Assembly: GCA_963749495.1 (NCBI GenBank)
Contig: CAVVMW010000021.1
Location: forward strand, 704,001 to 768,000
Direction of reading: 5' to 3'
Source: an uncultured bacterium
Lineage (GTDB): Bacteria; Verrucomicrobiota; Verrucomicrobiia; Limisphaerales; UBA8199
DNA: 64,000 nt
Each line of letters starts with the position of its first letter. Position 1 is the stretch's first letter. The position numbers and the translations under genes are program-made. A model generated the notes under the pieces. That model was not told the DNA's origin, did not search any database, and was given only the letters and a program-made list of their open reading frames with translations. Positions 31,699-40,739 of this stretch are shown here, piece by piece.

Positions 31699-31780
31699 GC
31701 GGCGGCCGCGGCCAGCATGAACTGGCCGGGCGCTGGCACGTTCTGGGTCACCGTGACCTTGAAGCAACAGGGTTGTCCAA

Positions 31781-32040
31781 ATGACAATGAAACCACATTT
31801 CGCTCCAGGAAAGGGGTTCTCTCTGGTCGAACTGCTGGTCGTCATCGCAATCATCTCTGTGCTGGCAGCAATGATCCTCCCGGCACTGGTCAGCGCCAAG
31901 CGGAAGGCGCAGCGGGCGTATTGTGCGCAATGAATGGAGTTCCAAGACGAACCCGCAGGGTGGAGCGGACGGGCGGCAGGTGTTATGCTCGGATCTTGCC
32001 GGGTAAACTGGCCTCATCTGCCCATGTGGATGGCGAAAAA
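31781..32040 (+). pseudogene. Remnant of a prepilin-type N-terminal/H-X9-DG protein
   Basis: KGFSLVELLVVIAIISVLAAMILPAL..AK.KA, stop at 31933, then AHVDG remnant. Confidence 0.75.
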
Positions 32041-33665
32041 TGAGACGCACATCGAGAATAAGGCTGTTGGCCGTGGGCGCTCTGGTTGTTCTGGGCGCGC
32101 TGGCGGGCCTCTCCTCGTGCAGAAATAGCGCGCAGGGCAAGCTTGAACGTACCCGCCGCGCCCTCCGCCAGGAAGGGTTCAAGCTCGAACTAGCTGAGTT
32201 TCAATTCGAAGTTCCCCCGGAAGAAAGCGCCCGCGCGGCCGCCCTGGACGCGGCCGGCGAACTCTCCTCCAGCAGCTCCTGCTGGGACGGGGGGAGCGGC
32301 CGACTCTCCTTCCTCTCCGGCGTGGCCCAGGATATTGATTGGCTTCCAGCGGCGGGAACCAACGCCGCGCTGGTCCTGTGGGACGAACCCAATGTCGAGA
32401 CCCGGGGGACCAACGACCTATGGGGCGGCTTGCGCCGACTGAATCAAGCCATGCTGGATAGGGCCTGTCAGGCACTATTCTCCGGCCCCCACCGCTTCCC
32501 CCTTCCAAGAGTCAAAGGCGGCCGTATGGAATATGCCGGCGACTGGGCCCCCTGGCTGGCCTGCCCACTGGCGGCGCGAGCGTTGCTGGAGTTGCACGAC
32601 CGGAACCAGGCCAGGGCCTGGACGAACCTGTTGGCACTCACGCGGTTGGTCGCCGGGTGGCGAGCGCAGCCGTTTGCGCAGTTCTACACTTGGCGAGACC
32701 GAAACTTGCGCGTGGCCTACGGAGCGACCTGGCAAGCCGTGCAGGCGGGCGGGTGGAACGACGCGCAGCTTGAGGCCTTGCAGCGGGAATGGGAATCGGC
32801 TGATGTGCGGAGCGGTTTGCCGGAGATGGCGGCCTTTGCGCGCGCGCATGTGAAGCACGTCTTCAGTCACAGGCTCCCGCTTCGTCCGCGTTCGCAGCAG
32901 TCGTCTCCTTTGCTGATCTTCAGGGATCCCGAGCTTGCCTGGGAGCGGCTCACGGTAACGGTCAGGCGGACGCTGGCTGACATTCGCTACCTGCATTACG
33001 GGAAATATGATGACGAGGAGGTGCTCCTGAGGTTCCTGCGCGATTGCGAGAAGGATTACCGGCGGGCCGAGGCCTGCTCAACCTGGAAGCAGATAACTGA
33101 GCTGCCCGGAGTCGGGTCGTGGACCCCCGGAGCAACCAATCTGTCGCAAAGGGCAATCCTCCGCACGAGTGGGTGCAGGGTGCGTGTGGAAACGGTGATC
33201 GGGTTGGATCTCGTGTGCGGCTTTGCCTTCGAGCCGGCTGTCTCCGGGCCGCCACCGGCCCCATCGCGGCTCGGGCGCGTAGCCAATTGGGAGTCAAGGC
33301 GCCGGCTGCTGGTGACGGCCATCGCTATCGAACGATACCGGCTGTGCCGGGGCGCTTATCCCGAATCGCTGGACTCGCTGGCGCCGGAATTGCTCCCCAG
33401 CCCGCCGCTCGATTTCATGGATGGCAAGCCGCTGCGCTACCGGCGCACCGAGGATGCCCATTTCCTCCTCTATGCCATCGGGACGGACTGCACAAATGAC
33501 GGCGGGAACGGCCGCGTCCCAGGCCTGCCTTCGCTCATCTCCGATTCTGACGCCCCGGATCTGGTCTGGCCGCGGCCCGCCTCACCGGCTGAAGTCGGCC
33601 AGGAAGCTGCCGCACGCCGCCGCCTGACGCGTAACGCGAACGAGATGACCACTTTCGTCCCGTAA
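32040..33665 (+). CDS. Hypothetical lipoprotein-like protein
   Basis: 541 aa; C-terminal AIAIERYR...YPESLDSL.P...DFMDGKPLRY...LYAIG.D..NDGG (GspG C-terminal-like). Confidence 0.75.
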   Translation: MRRTSRIRLLAVGALVVLGALAGLSSCRNSAQGKLERTRRALRQEGFKLELAEFQFEVPPEESARAAALDAAGELSSSSSCWDGGSGRLSFLSGVAQDIDWLPAAGTNAALVLWDEPNVETRGTNDLWGGLRRLNQAMLDRACQALFSGPHRFPLPRVKGGRMEYAGDWAPWLACPLAARALLELHDRNQARAWTNLLALTRLVAGWRAQPFAQFYTWRDRNLRVAYGATWQAVQAGGWNDAQLEALQREWESADVRSGLPEMAAFARAHVKHVFSHRLPLRPRSQQSSPLLIFRDPELAWERLTVTVRRTLADIRYLHYGKYDDEEVLLRFLRDCEKDYRRAEACSTWKQITELPGVGSWTPGATNLSQRAILRTSGCRVRVETVIGLDLVCGFAFEPAVSGPPPAPSRLGRVANWESRRRLLVTAIAIERYRLCRGAYPESLDSLAPELLPSPPLDFMDGKPLRYRRTEDAHFLLYAIGTDCTNDGGNGRVPGLPSLISDSDAPDLVWPRPASPAEVGQEAAARRRLTRNANEMTTFVP

Positions 33666-33758
33666 GTCCACTCCGAACGGGGGACGAGGTTGGCTCGTCA
33701 TCATCATCAACCCCACTGACTTCTCGTGATGCGCCTGCGCGGGCGCCAGCATTGCGAA

Positions 33759-36700
33759 TCAGCGTTTTAGCTTTTCCCCCAGTTCTTCAAGCAGGAACCC
33801 TTCGGCGACCACGTGATGTTTGGCGTCGGTGAGGATCAGCCAGGGCAGCGATTTCACGTTCATGGCCCACTTGGCTTGGCCCGGCTCTTCAGTCACACGG
33901 CCAACGGGGAAGGGCATGGGGTTGGAATCCTTCCATTGCTTGAAGGATTCGCTCGTGGGACCAGCCGTCTGCACGGCCAGGACGGTGAGGCCCTTCTGAC
34001 GCGACTGATCGCCCTGCTCGGCCAGCAGACGCAGACAGCGGCGGGAGGGGCGTTGTCCGAGGTCGAAGAGGCAGAGCAGGATCGGTGTCCCGACAGGAGC
34101 GTTATCCGCCGTCAAGCCCAGCGAGGCCAGTTCGGGCAGTGGATGGCCGATTAAAGTGGCACGCGAGTCTGGCGCGGCGGGGCGCGGTCCCCTGAGGGCT
34201 ATGAGCTTGAGGACGATGTTAGTGTCGCCGCCTTGGGCCCGGACGCCGCCCCGAGCATCCAGGGTATTGGAAGTGAGGACGACCTGGCCGGCGCAGACCT
34301 CGTCGAACATGAATCGGCCCTCACCGTCGGCGCAAGCGGGGTCCTTTGACTGCTGGCCCTCGCCGGAGAAGAAGACCCAGGCTCCGGCGATCGGCTTGTC
34401 CTGCGCATCCACAACCTGGCCGGAGACGTAACGGTCGGCGAGGCGAAGAACAAAGGGTTCGAGTTCCACGCGGTTGGTCTGGAGAGTGCTTTTTGGCAAG
34501 TCGTGGGTAAGCCCGCCGTATCCTTTCGCGGTGGCGGTCATGAAGTAGTTCAGATCCGCCGGCAGGGCGGTGAGGCTGAAGCGGCCCTGGGAGTCGGTGG
34601 CGCTTGACTCGAAGTCGCCGCTCATGCGGCCGGTCTTTGGCATGACCTGCACGGTGGCATTAGCGAGGGGCAGGCCGTTGGCATCCTGGACACGACCGGC
34701 CACGACAAGGCCTGGTTCAAGGCGGAGTTCCAGTGCAGTCGTGTTTTCGTCGATCTTCCGGACCACCGCGAGGTTTCGCGCCGTGTCCTGAACCAGGATG
34801 CAGGAACTATTGAACACCCTGCCGAACTGAAGGGGATTCCACGATACCTCGTATCCTCCATTGGCGTCGGTGGTTGTCTTGCCGGAGCCAGGGACACGAT
34901 AATCGCCCGGCAACACTGCCACCGGCAGACCTGGGGCGGGGACGCCGGCGGGATCACGCACGATGCCGGTGGTCTTCGGCCGCGCGTTGAGTTGGAGTTC
35001 AACGCCGTTGGTTTCGTTGAGTTCCACCGCAACGAACATATCGGCGCACCACGCGCCATTCTTCGAGGCCGACACTCGATATTCCCCCGGCGGCAAACGC
35101 AGGAGCGCCCTGCCGCTATCGTCCGCATCGGCTTCGGCCAGATAAACGAGATAGGCTTGGCTAAGGACATTGATGTGAGCTTGCGCCACGGGCGCGCGGC
35201 CGCCTTCCGCCAATACCAGCACTTTGAGAAAACCGCCGCGCGTGGCTGAAATCTGGACATCGCGCGAGGTTTCCCCGGTCCGCACCGAGAGCCAGCCCGA
35301 TTCCGCCACCCAACCGGGAATCGCATTGGTGTCGCATAAGATACGGATTGCATAAAGGCCCGGGGCAAGGCCAGTCATTCGGAAGGCGCCGTCGGCGCCC
35401 GATAGGACGGGTTCGAAAGCCGGGGCGCGGGGCGTCCCGAACTTCAAGGGGCTTGGCTCGACGCGGTCAGGCCAGAGCCTGGCGCCGGCGAGCGGGTGCC
35501 CATCTTCGTCCAGCACATGACCCTCGATTGCGCTGGCCGGCCCCTCATTTGCCGGCTGGGCGCCCGATTGAACTTCGGCCTGCCGTGGGGAATCTGCGCG
35601 ACGAGATGATGATTCTGAGGAGACGTTCTTGTCCCGCATGGCCCTCTCGATAATGCGCTCGCGGACCCGCTCACGATACCGCGCCAAAGTCGTCCCTTCG
35701 GCCTCCAGCGTCTGAATGAGCCTCATCCTGTCCCCGTGTGAGCGGATCTCCCTCTGCACCTCCTCATCAATGACCTTCTCCGGAACGTTGTAGCGGGCCG
35801 TGTTGAACTCGTGCAGCACCACCTGCACCTGGACGGCTGAGACCCCGGCGGCGAGCAGCGTCATCAACAGAGCGACGCCAAACCGCGGCCAGCGGGCCAG
35901 GACAAGGTCGCGGTCACGACGCTTGTCAACCAGGCGGCGGATGCGGCGTTCCAACCCAGTGCCTCGGCGGAACATTGCCATGCCGGCGCCCCATTCGGGA
36001 GCTGGGAGGCAGGCCTGCGCCAGCCGCAGCAGCGTCTCCGCGTAAGCGACGGGCCTGGACGCGGCGAGCACGTGGTTGTCGCACAACTCTTCGCGGGCGC
36101 GTTCCAGCTCCCGGTTCAGGTAATGGAGCAGCGGGTGGGGCCAAAACGCGACCAGCGCAAGACGCTGCACGGCCAGCACCCATTGGTCCCTCCTCCGGAC
36201 GTGGGCGCATTCGTGGATCAAGGTCTCCGTCAATTCCGAGGGGCTCATGTCCACGGCCAGGGCCTCCGGCAAAACGACCCGGGGATGAACCAGGCCAACC
36301 ACCATGGGGACCCGGGCCCGCCGACAGAGGGCGATCGGCGGCAGATGGTTCAGCGAAAGCGCCTGCCTCACACGCTGCAACTCGGCCAGGCGCCAGCCCG
36401 ATGGCGGAGCCTGTGCTTCGCGCGCCAGGCGCCTTAACCGCCGCCAGCCAACGACCAACCGCAACGCTAGAAACAGGCTGCCGAGGGCCCAAATTGAAGC
36501 GGCGAGGGGCAAGAGAATTCGCCCGCCGGCCCGGCCCGACCCCGGCGCAACTGCGCCCGCGAGGGCTGGGTTCGCCCTTCCGGCGCACCCCTCCCCGCGG
36601 GCGGCGCTCAGCGACCCTCCCTGCTTCGGGTCCATCTTCCCAGCGGCAGCGACCCTCCCGTCTCCAGCCCCCGGAGCCATCTCTCGGGGGCTCAAGACCG

Positions 36701-36983
36701 AACGCGGTCCGAGCGCGGCGGAATGCGCGGCCAAAAGCCCCGCCGGCAGCGCGATCCGCATCAATGCGATCCTCCAGCCGAATCCATCCAGCAGTCCGGT
36801 GAGCGCGGGCAAGCCCAGGACACAAATCAAGGCCCCCAGCCACAGGCCGTGCCGCACCGTGGGGCGGTTCCGGCCCGCTATAGCCGCCAGGGCGGCAACA
36901 ACACCCAACAGGATCGAAACGCCCCACAGGACGTGCCCGCCCCAAACGACGATGCCCGCGCCGGAATGGAACGGATTTGTCAT
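33759..36983 (-). CDS. M56 metallopeptidase with a SurA-like segment, carboxypeptidase-regulatory domains and a TlpA-like C-terminus
   Basis: HECAHVRRRD, FWPHPL, EELCD; beta-sandwich repeats; LLCLFD..QRPSRRC...LPWLILTD. Confidence 0.9.
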   Translation of the reverse strand: MTNPFHSGAGIVVWGGHVLWGVSILLGVVAALAAIAGRNRPTVRHGLWLGALICVLGLPALTGLLDGFGWRIALMRIALPAGLLAAHSAALGPRSVLSPREMAPGAGDGRVAAAGKMDPKQGGSLSAARGEGCAGRANPALAGAVAPGSGRAGGRILLPLAASIWALGSLFLALRLVVGWRRLRRLAREAQAPPSGWRLAELQRVRQALSLNHLPPIALCRRARVPMVVGLVHPRVVLPEALAVDMSPSELTETLIHECAHVRRRDQWVLAVQRLALVAFWPHPLLHYLNRELERAREELCDNHVLAASRPVAYAETLLRLAQACLPAPEWGAGMAMFRRGTGLERRIRRLVDKRRDRDLVLARWPRFGVALLMTLLAAGVSAVQVQVVLHEFNTARYNVPEKVIDEEVQREIRSHGDRMRLIQTLEAEGTTLARYRERVRERIIERAMRDKNVSSESSSRRADSPRQAEVQSGAQPANEGPASAIEGHVLDEDGHPLAGARLWPDRVEPSPLKFGTPRAPAFEPVLSGADGAFRMTGLAPGLYAIRILCDTNAIPGWVAESGWLSVRTGETSRDVQISATRGGFLKVLVLAEGGRAPVAQAHINVLSQAYLVYLAEADADDSGRALLRLPPGEYRVSASKNGAWCADMFVAVELNETNGVELQLNARPKTTGIVRDPAGVPAPGLPVAVLPGDYRVPGSGKTTTDANGGYEVSWNPLQFGRVFNSSCILVQDTARNLAVVRKIDENTTALELRLEPGLVVAGRVQDANGLPLANATVQVMPKTGRMSGDFESSATDSQGRFSLTALPADLNYFMTATAKGYGGLTHDLPKSTLQTNRVELEPFVLRLADRYVSGQVVDAQDKPIAGAWVFFSGEGQQSKDPACADGEGRFMFDEVCAGQVVLTSNTLDARGGVRAQGGDTNIVLKLIALRGPRPAAPDSRATLIGHPLPELASLGLTADNAPVGTPILLCLFDLGQRPSRRCLRLLAEQGDQSRQKGLTVLAVQTAGPTSESFKQWKDSNPMPFPVGRVTEEPGQAKWAMNVKSLPWLILTDAKHHVVAEGFLLEELGEKLKR

Positions 36984-36985
36984 AT

Positions 36986-37375
36986 TTATAGGTCCTTCTT
37001 CTTTGCCTCCTCGATCAGTTTGCGAATGCGTCCGGCCTCCTCGGCGCTCAACCGCCGTCCGCGCAACAGGGCCACTACCAGTTCCTCGACCGAACCGCCG
37101 AAGGCCGTGTCGATCATGCGGCTGACCAGGTCCCGGAGCGTGGCGGCCCGCGGCGAACGGGCCGAATAGTAATGACTCTGTCCCTGGAGTCTCCGCTTGA
37201 GCCAGCCCCGCCGGGCCAGGCGGTCCATCAACGTGTGAACGGTGTTGCGCGCCAGGGGCCGTTTGCGGTTGAGCGCCTCGCAGACCTGGGTAACTGTCAC
37301 CTCGCCCCCCGCCCAGACCTCGCGCATGATCTCCATCTGGGTCTCGGAAAGCCCCGCCGGTTTCTTTCGTTTCAT
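36986..37375 (-). CDS. BlaI/MecI/CopY family repressor
   Basis: LSETQMEIMREVW...LARNTVHTLMDRL. Confidence 0.92.
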   Translation of the reverse strand: MKRKKPAGLSETQMEIMREVWAGGEVTVTQVCEALNRKRPLARNTVHTLMDRLARRGWLKRRLQGQSHYYSARSPRAATLRDLVSRMIDTAFGGSVEELVVALLRGRRLSAEEAGRIRKLIEEAKKKDL

Positions 37376-37417
37376 GGCCATTCGCTCCATCGGTTCAGGC
37401 TCGTCACAGCCTTATCA

Positions 37418-37463
37418 CCTACAACTGTAGTGGCATATTACCTACACATGTCGGCAGTGTCAA
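37418..37463 (-). promoter_or_regulatory. BlaI-type operators and promoter
   Basis: CTACA-AC-TGTAG and CTACA-CA-TGTCG; TTGACA on the minus strand at 37458-37463. Confidence 0.75.
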
Positions 37464-37873
37464 CAGTTTTTTTGGATTTTTTTTGTTCGATTTTGCCTCC
37501 TTCCGGCTTCTCAATGGTGATAGCCTGCTGGCCATGAACGATGGTCCCCCGCTCCTTCGATCCCGCTTGGAACGAATCCTCCATGGCCGGGCCCCAAAGA
37601 CCGGCTCGAACAGCCAGTGCAAGCCAGCGTGCGGGGAGTTCCTGAGTCTTCCTCCCCCAGCGATCACGCTCGTGAGTTGGGCCATTGCTACGCTGCTGGC
37701 CGGCGTAGCTCTTGCCCAGACCACGAACACGGTGGAGCCTAGTTTTGCGTTAGCATCCTAAGCGAGAGCGTTGCTTTTTTTCGCAACGAGCCTCTCCCCG
37801 AGGAATTCCAGGTGAGCAAAAAGCTTCCAAATAATTTGTTCGGTTTTCATATTGGCGTCCATCTACTGATGAA

Positions 37874-39751
37874 ATGATGACCGACAACATGAGACTCGTG
37901 CGGGAATATGCCCGGGGCGGTTCCCAGGAGGCGTTCGCCACGCTGGTCGCGCGGCACGTCAACCTGGTCTATTCGGTCGCCCTGCGCCAGACCCGCGATC
38001 CGGGCCTGACTGACGAAATCACCCAGGCGGTTTTCATCGTCCTGGCGCGCAAAGCAAGATCGCTCAGCCCGAAGACGATTCTGTCGGGCTGGCTCTGCCG
38101 TACGGCACGCTTCATTTCGTCCGACTCGATGAAAGCTCAACGGCGTCGTCGATTCCGCGAACAGGAGGCATACGTGCAATCCAATTTGAGTGAGCCTGAA
38201 TCTGAAGCCTGGATGCAACTCGCGCCGGTCCTCGATGACGCGCTGGGCTGCCTGGGGCAGAAGGAGCATGACGCCATCATGCTGCGCTTTTTTGAGGGTA
38301 AGAACTGGCAGCAAGTTGGAGCGGCGCTGGGCACAGGCGAGGACGCCGCGCGCATGCGGGTGAGCCGCGGTTTGGAAAAACTCCGCAGGGTCTTTAGCAA
38401 GCGCGGCCTGGCGCTTTCCACCGCCACGCTTGCTGGCGCGCTGGCGGCCAATTCGGTCCAGGCCGCACCGATTGGCCTGGCTGCCTCGGCCACGGCTGCT
38501 GCCGTCAAGGGCGCCTCCGTGGCGGCCACAACACTGAGTCTCGTAACCGGAGCATTGAAAGTCATGACATGGACAAAAACGCAGATCGCAGTCGCGGTCG
38601 CGGCGGCCGCCTGTTGCGCGGCGGTCGCGGGCGCGGTAATGCAGCGCGCCGAGGTCACCCGTGGCTATACCGTTCAGGGCTTGGTTGATTTCAAGGAGGC
38701 GCGATTTTCTCAGGAAAAGGGCATCTACTACAAGACAACGCCCATCGATTTCGAGGCGCAGGTGTTAGGCGGCAGGTGGTGGATCCGGCTTGGCACGCGC
38801 GACCCCAAGCTGTATGATTACCGCATCGTTTCTTGCGAGGACAGCAACGTCTTCCTGCTGCTGAGTTACGAAACCCGGATGCGGTTGGCCCGTGAAGAGC
38901 AAGGACCGGCCGATGCCCGCAAACTACCGACTAACGTCGGCGACGGTGGCCTCAGCACTGGAACTGTGCCGCGCTTTTTATTCGCAGAGGAGGCGGGAGC
39001 TATATGGCTTGCCTATGCCTCGTGGGCCGATTTCCGCGCGGCGACTCCGGGTGCGAAGCACCAAGTGCCCTTCGCAAATTACCTGCGCCACGGGCCCATC
39101 ATGCCGGGTGATCCCCCGGCGGCCGAGGACGCGTTCTGGGAGCTAGGGGAAGATAGGCCGCATCTGCCAAAGAGCGTCGACTATTTCGTGACGAATGTCC
39201 CCCCCGAGGCAGGCGACGCCTCTCGAACGGGGTCGGCCGCGAGCTACCGTCTGACGAACGTGACCTTCCGCGTGGTTTCCTTTCTGGATCGCGATGGATG
39301 GCGCTTTCCTCGCGAGTCCGTGGCCTGCCTCTATCGTCTCGACAAGAACGGCCGCGCTGAAGGCGGTCTGGAACTCGGGGAGGAGATGCGCGTCGTGGCG
39401 ACTAACATCGCATTTGGGACTTCCTTGCAATCATTCAAACCCGAGCTGCCGGGCGAGACCATAATTACTGACGAGCGATTCAACCAAGGCTCCGGTCTCT
39501 CGCTCAGCTATTTCGCGACCAACGGCTGGCCGAGTGAAGCTGCGGTCCGCCGCTCTCCAGCGTACAGGGCGGCAATGTACAGGGCGGCACTGGCGGATCT
39601 GAACGCCCCTAAGCTGAGAGCGGCTCTCGGACGTGCTATTCCGGCGCTGTTGTTCGGTACGCTGCTCTTGCTTGCCGTGGTGCTCTGGCTCGCAGTCCGA
39701 GCCCGACGGCGGGCGAGCACCCGGACCAAGCCGCCCCCCTCCTCGGTCTGA
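37874..39751 (+). CDS. ECF sigma-70 factor with long extracytoplasmic extension and C-terminal TM
   Basis: AFATLVARHVNLVYSVALR, EDAARMRVSRGLEKLR. Confidence 0.92.
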   Translation: MMTDNMRLVREYARGGSQEAFATLVARHVNLVYSVALRQTRDPGLTDEITQAVFIVLARKARSLSPKTILSGWLCRTARFISSDSMKAQRRRRFREQEAYVQSNLSEPESEAWMQLAPVLDDALGCLGQKEHDAIMLRFFEGKNWQQVGAALGTGEDAARMRVSRGLEKLRRVFSKRGLALSTATLAGALAANSVQAAPIGLAASATAAAVKGASVAATTLSLVTGALKVMTWTKTQIAVAVAAAACCAAVAGAVMQRAEVTRGYTVQGLVDFKEARFSQEKGIYYKTTPIDFEAQVLGGRWWIRLGTRDPKLYDYRIVSCEDSNVFLLLSYETRMRLAREEQGPADARKLPTNVGDGGLSTGTVPRFLFAEEAGAIWLAYASWADFRAATPGAKHQVPFANYLRHGPIMPGDPPAAEDAFWELGEDRPHLPKSVDYFVTNVPPEAGDASRTGSAASYRLTNVTFRVVSFLDRDGWRFPRESVACLYRLDKNGRAEGGLELGEEMRVVATNIAFGTSLQSFKPELPGETIITDERFNQGSGLSLSYFATNGWPSEAAVRRSPAYRAAMYRAALADLNAPKLRAALGRAIPALLFGTLLLLAVVLWLAVRARRRASTRTKPPPSSV

Positions 39752-39799
39752 TAGCGGACCCGGCAACGCGCCGGCAGCTCACCCAACAGGTCATTGATC

Positions 39800-40215
39800 G
39801 ATGTTGCTCTATCCGACCCGGACGGTGTTTTTGGACCTTACTTCAAGGTCTGCCGCAGGCGCAGCCCGCGGGCGGGGCGTTGTTCTCGGGGACGCCAGTG
39901 GGGGGCCTCATGGGAAGACGGGCCGACCTCTTCCAGGCGGCGGCAACCCAATGGCGCAGCCTCAATTATGTCGTAGTGACGCCCAACGGCCCGACCGACG
40001 GCGGCGATTTCGGGCCTGGCACTCAAGGCACCAAAACCTCCGGCCTCCAGGAGGCCTTCAATCGCGCGCACGAGGAGGTCAGAGACGTCTATATCGTGGG
40101 CGGCGGCAACAACTCTATGCTCCAGAAGGGCGTCAGCTACCGGCTGGATCAAACGTTGCGCATACCCTGGATGCAGGATTGGCGTCTGGACGGGGGCGAG
40201 TATGCCCTGAGTGAG
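39800..40215 (+). pseudogene. Fragment of a probable beta-helix/pectate-lyase-like protein
   Basis: TPNGPTDGGDFGP...TSGLQEAFN...YRLDQTLRIP; truncated at the BlaI promoter. Confidence 0.5.
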
Positions 40216-40249
40216 AATCAAGACGCCTGTCTTTTTTTGTGTTTTTTTG

Positions 40250-40278
40250 TTGACAAAACAGACAAGAGTCTAAATAAT
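40250..40278 (+). promoter_or_regulatory. Sigma70 promoter with a palindromic operator
   Basis: TTGACA-N17-AATAAT enclosing AGAC-AAGA-GTCT. Confidence 0.65.
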
Positions 40279-40335
40279 GGAGTCGAACCTGGGGACGGGC
40301 GCGGGTTTCGACGCCCGTCCGCAAGAGCGTTTCTT

Positions 40336-40719
40336 ATGAGAAAGATTCGGTTGCCGCCCGCCGAGCGGGACGTGCTGGCCTGCGTTTACCAGTTGCCTGG
40401 GGCCACGGCGCGCCAGATCCAGGAGCGCCTCCGCGGCTATCGGCCCATGGCCCACGGCTCGGTGCTCACCTTGCTAAAGCGCCTGGAGGCAAAGCGGTTG
40501 GTCGCGAGGAAGAAAGGCCCGGTGGGCAAGGCCTTCGTCTATCAGGCCACCAAGCCCCAGGAATCCACCTTCACTCACCTGCTCCGGGACCTGGTGCATC
40601 GAGTATTCCAGGGGGACCCGGTTTCGCTGGTGGCTTCGCTCTTCGAGACCCGGCCTCCCACGGGCCAGGAGGTGGAGAAGCTGCAAGCCATGTTGGATGA
40701 ATTGCGCCGACAAAATTGA
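40336..40719 (+). CDS. BlaI/MecI/CopY family repressor
   Basis: LPPAERDVL...MAHGSVLTLLKRLEAK...VFQGDPVSLV. Confidence 0.9.
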   Translation: MRKIRLPPAERDVLACVYQLPGATARQIQERLRGYRPMAHGSVLTLLKRLEAKRLVARKKGPVGKAFVYQATKPQESTFTHLLRDLVHRVFQGDPVSLVASLFETRPPTGQEVEKLQAMLDELRRQN

Positions 40720-40739
40720 CCGGGAAAGGAGAATCCAAA

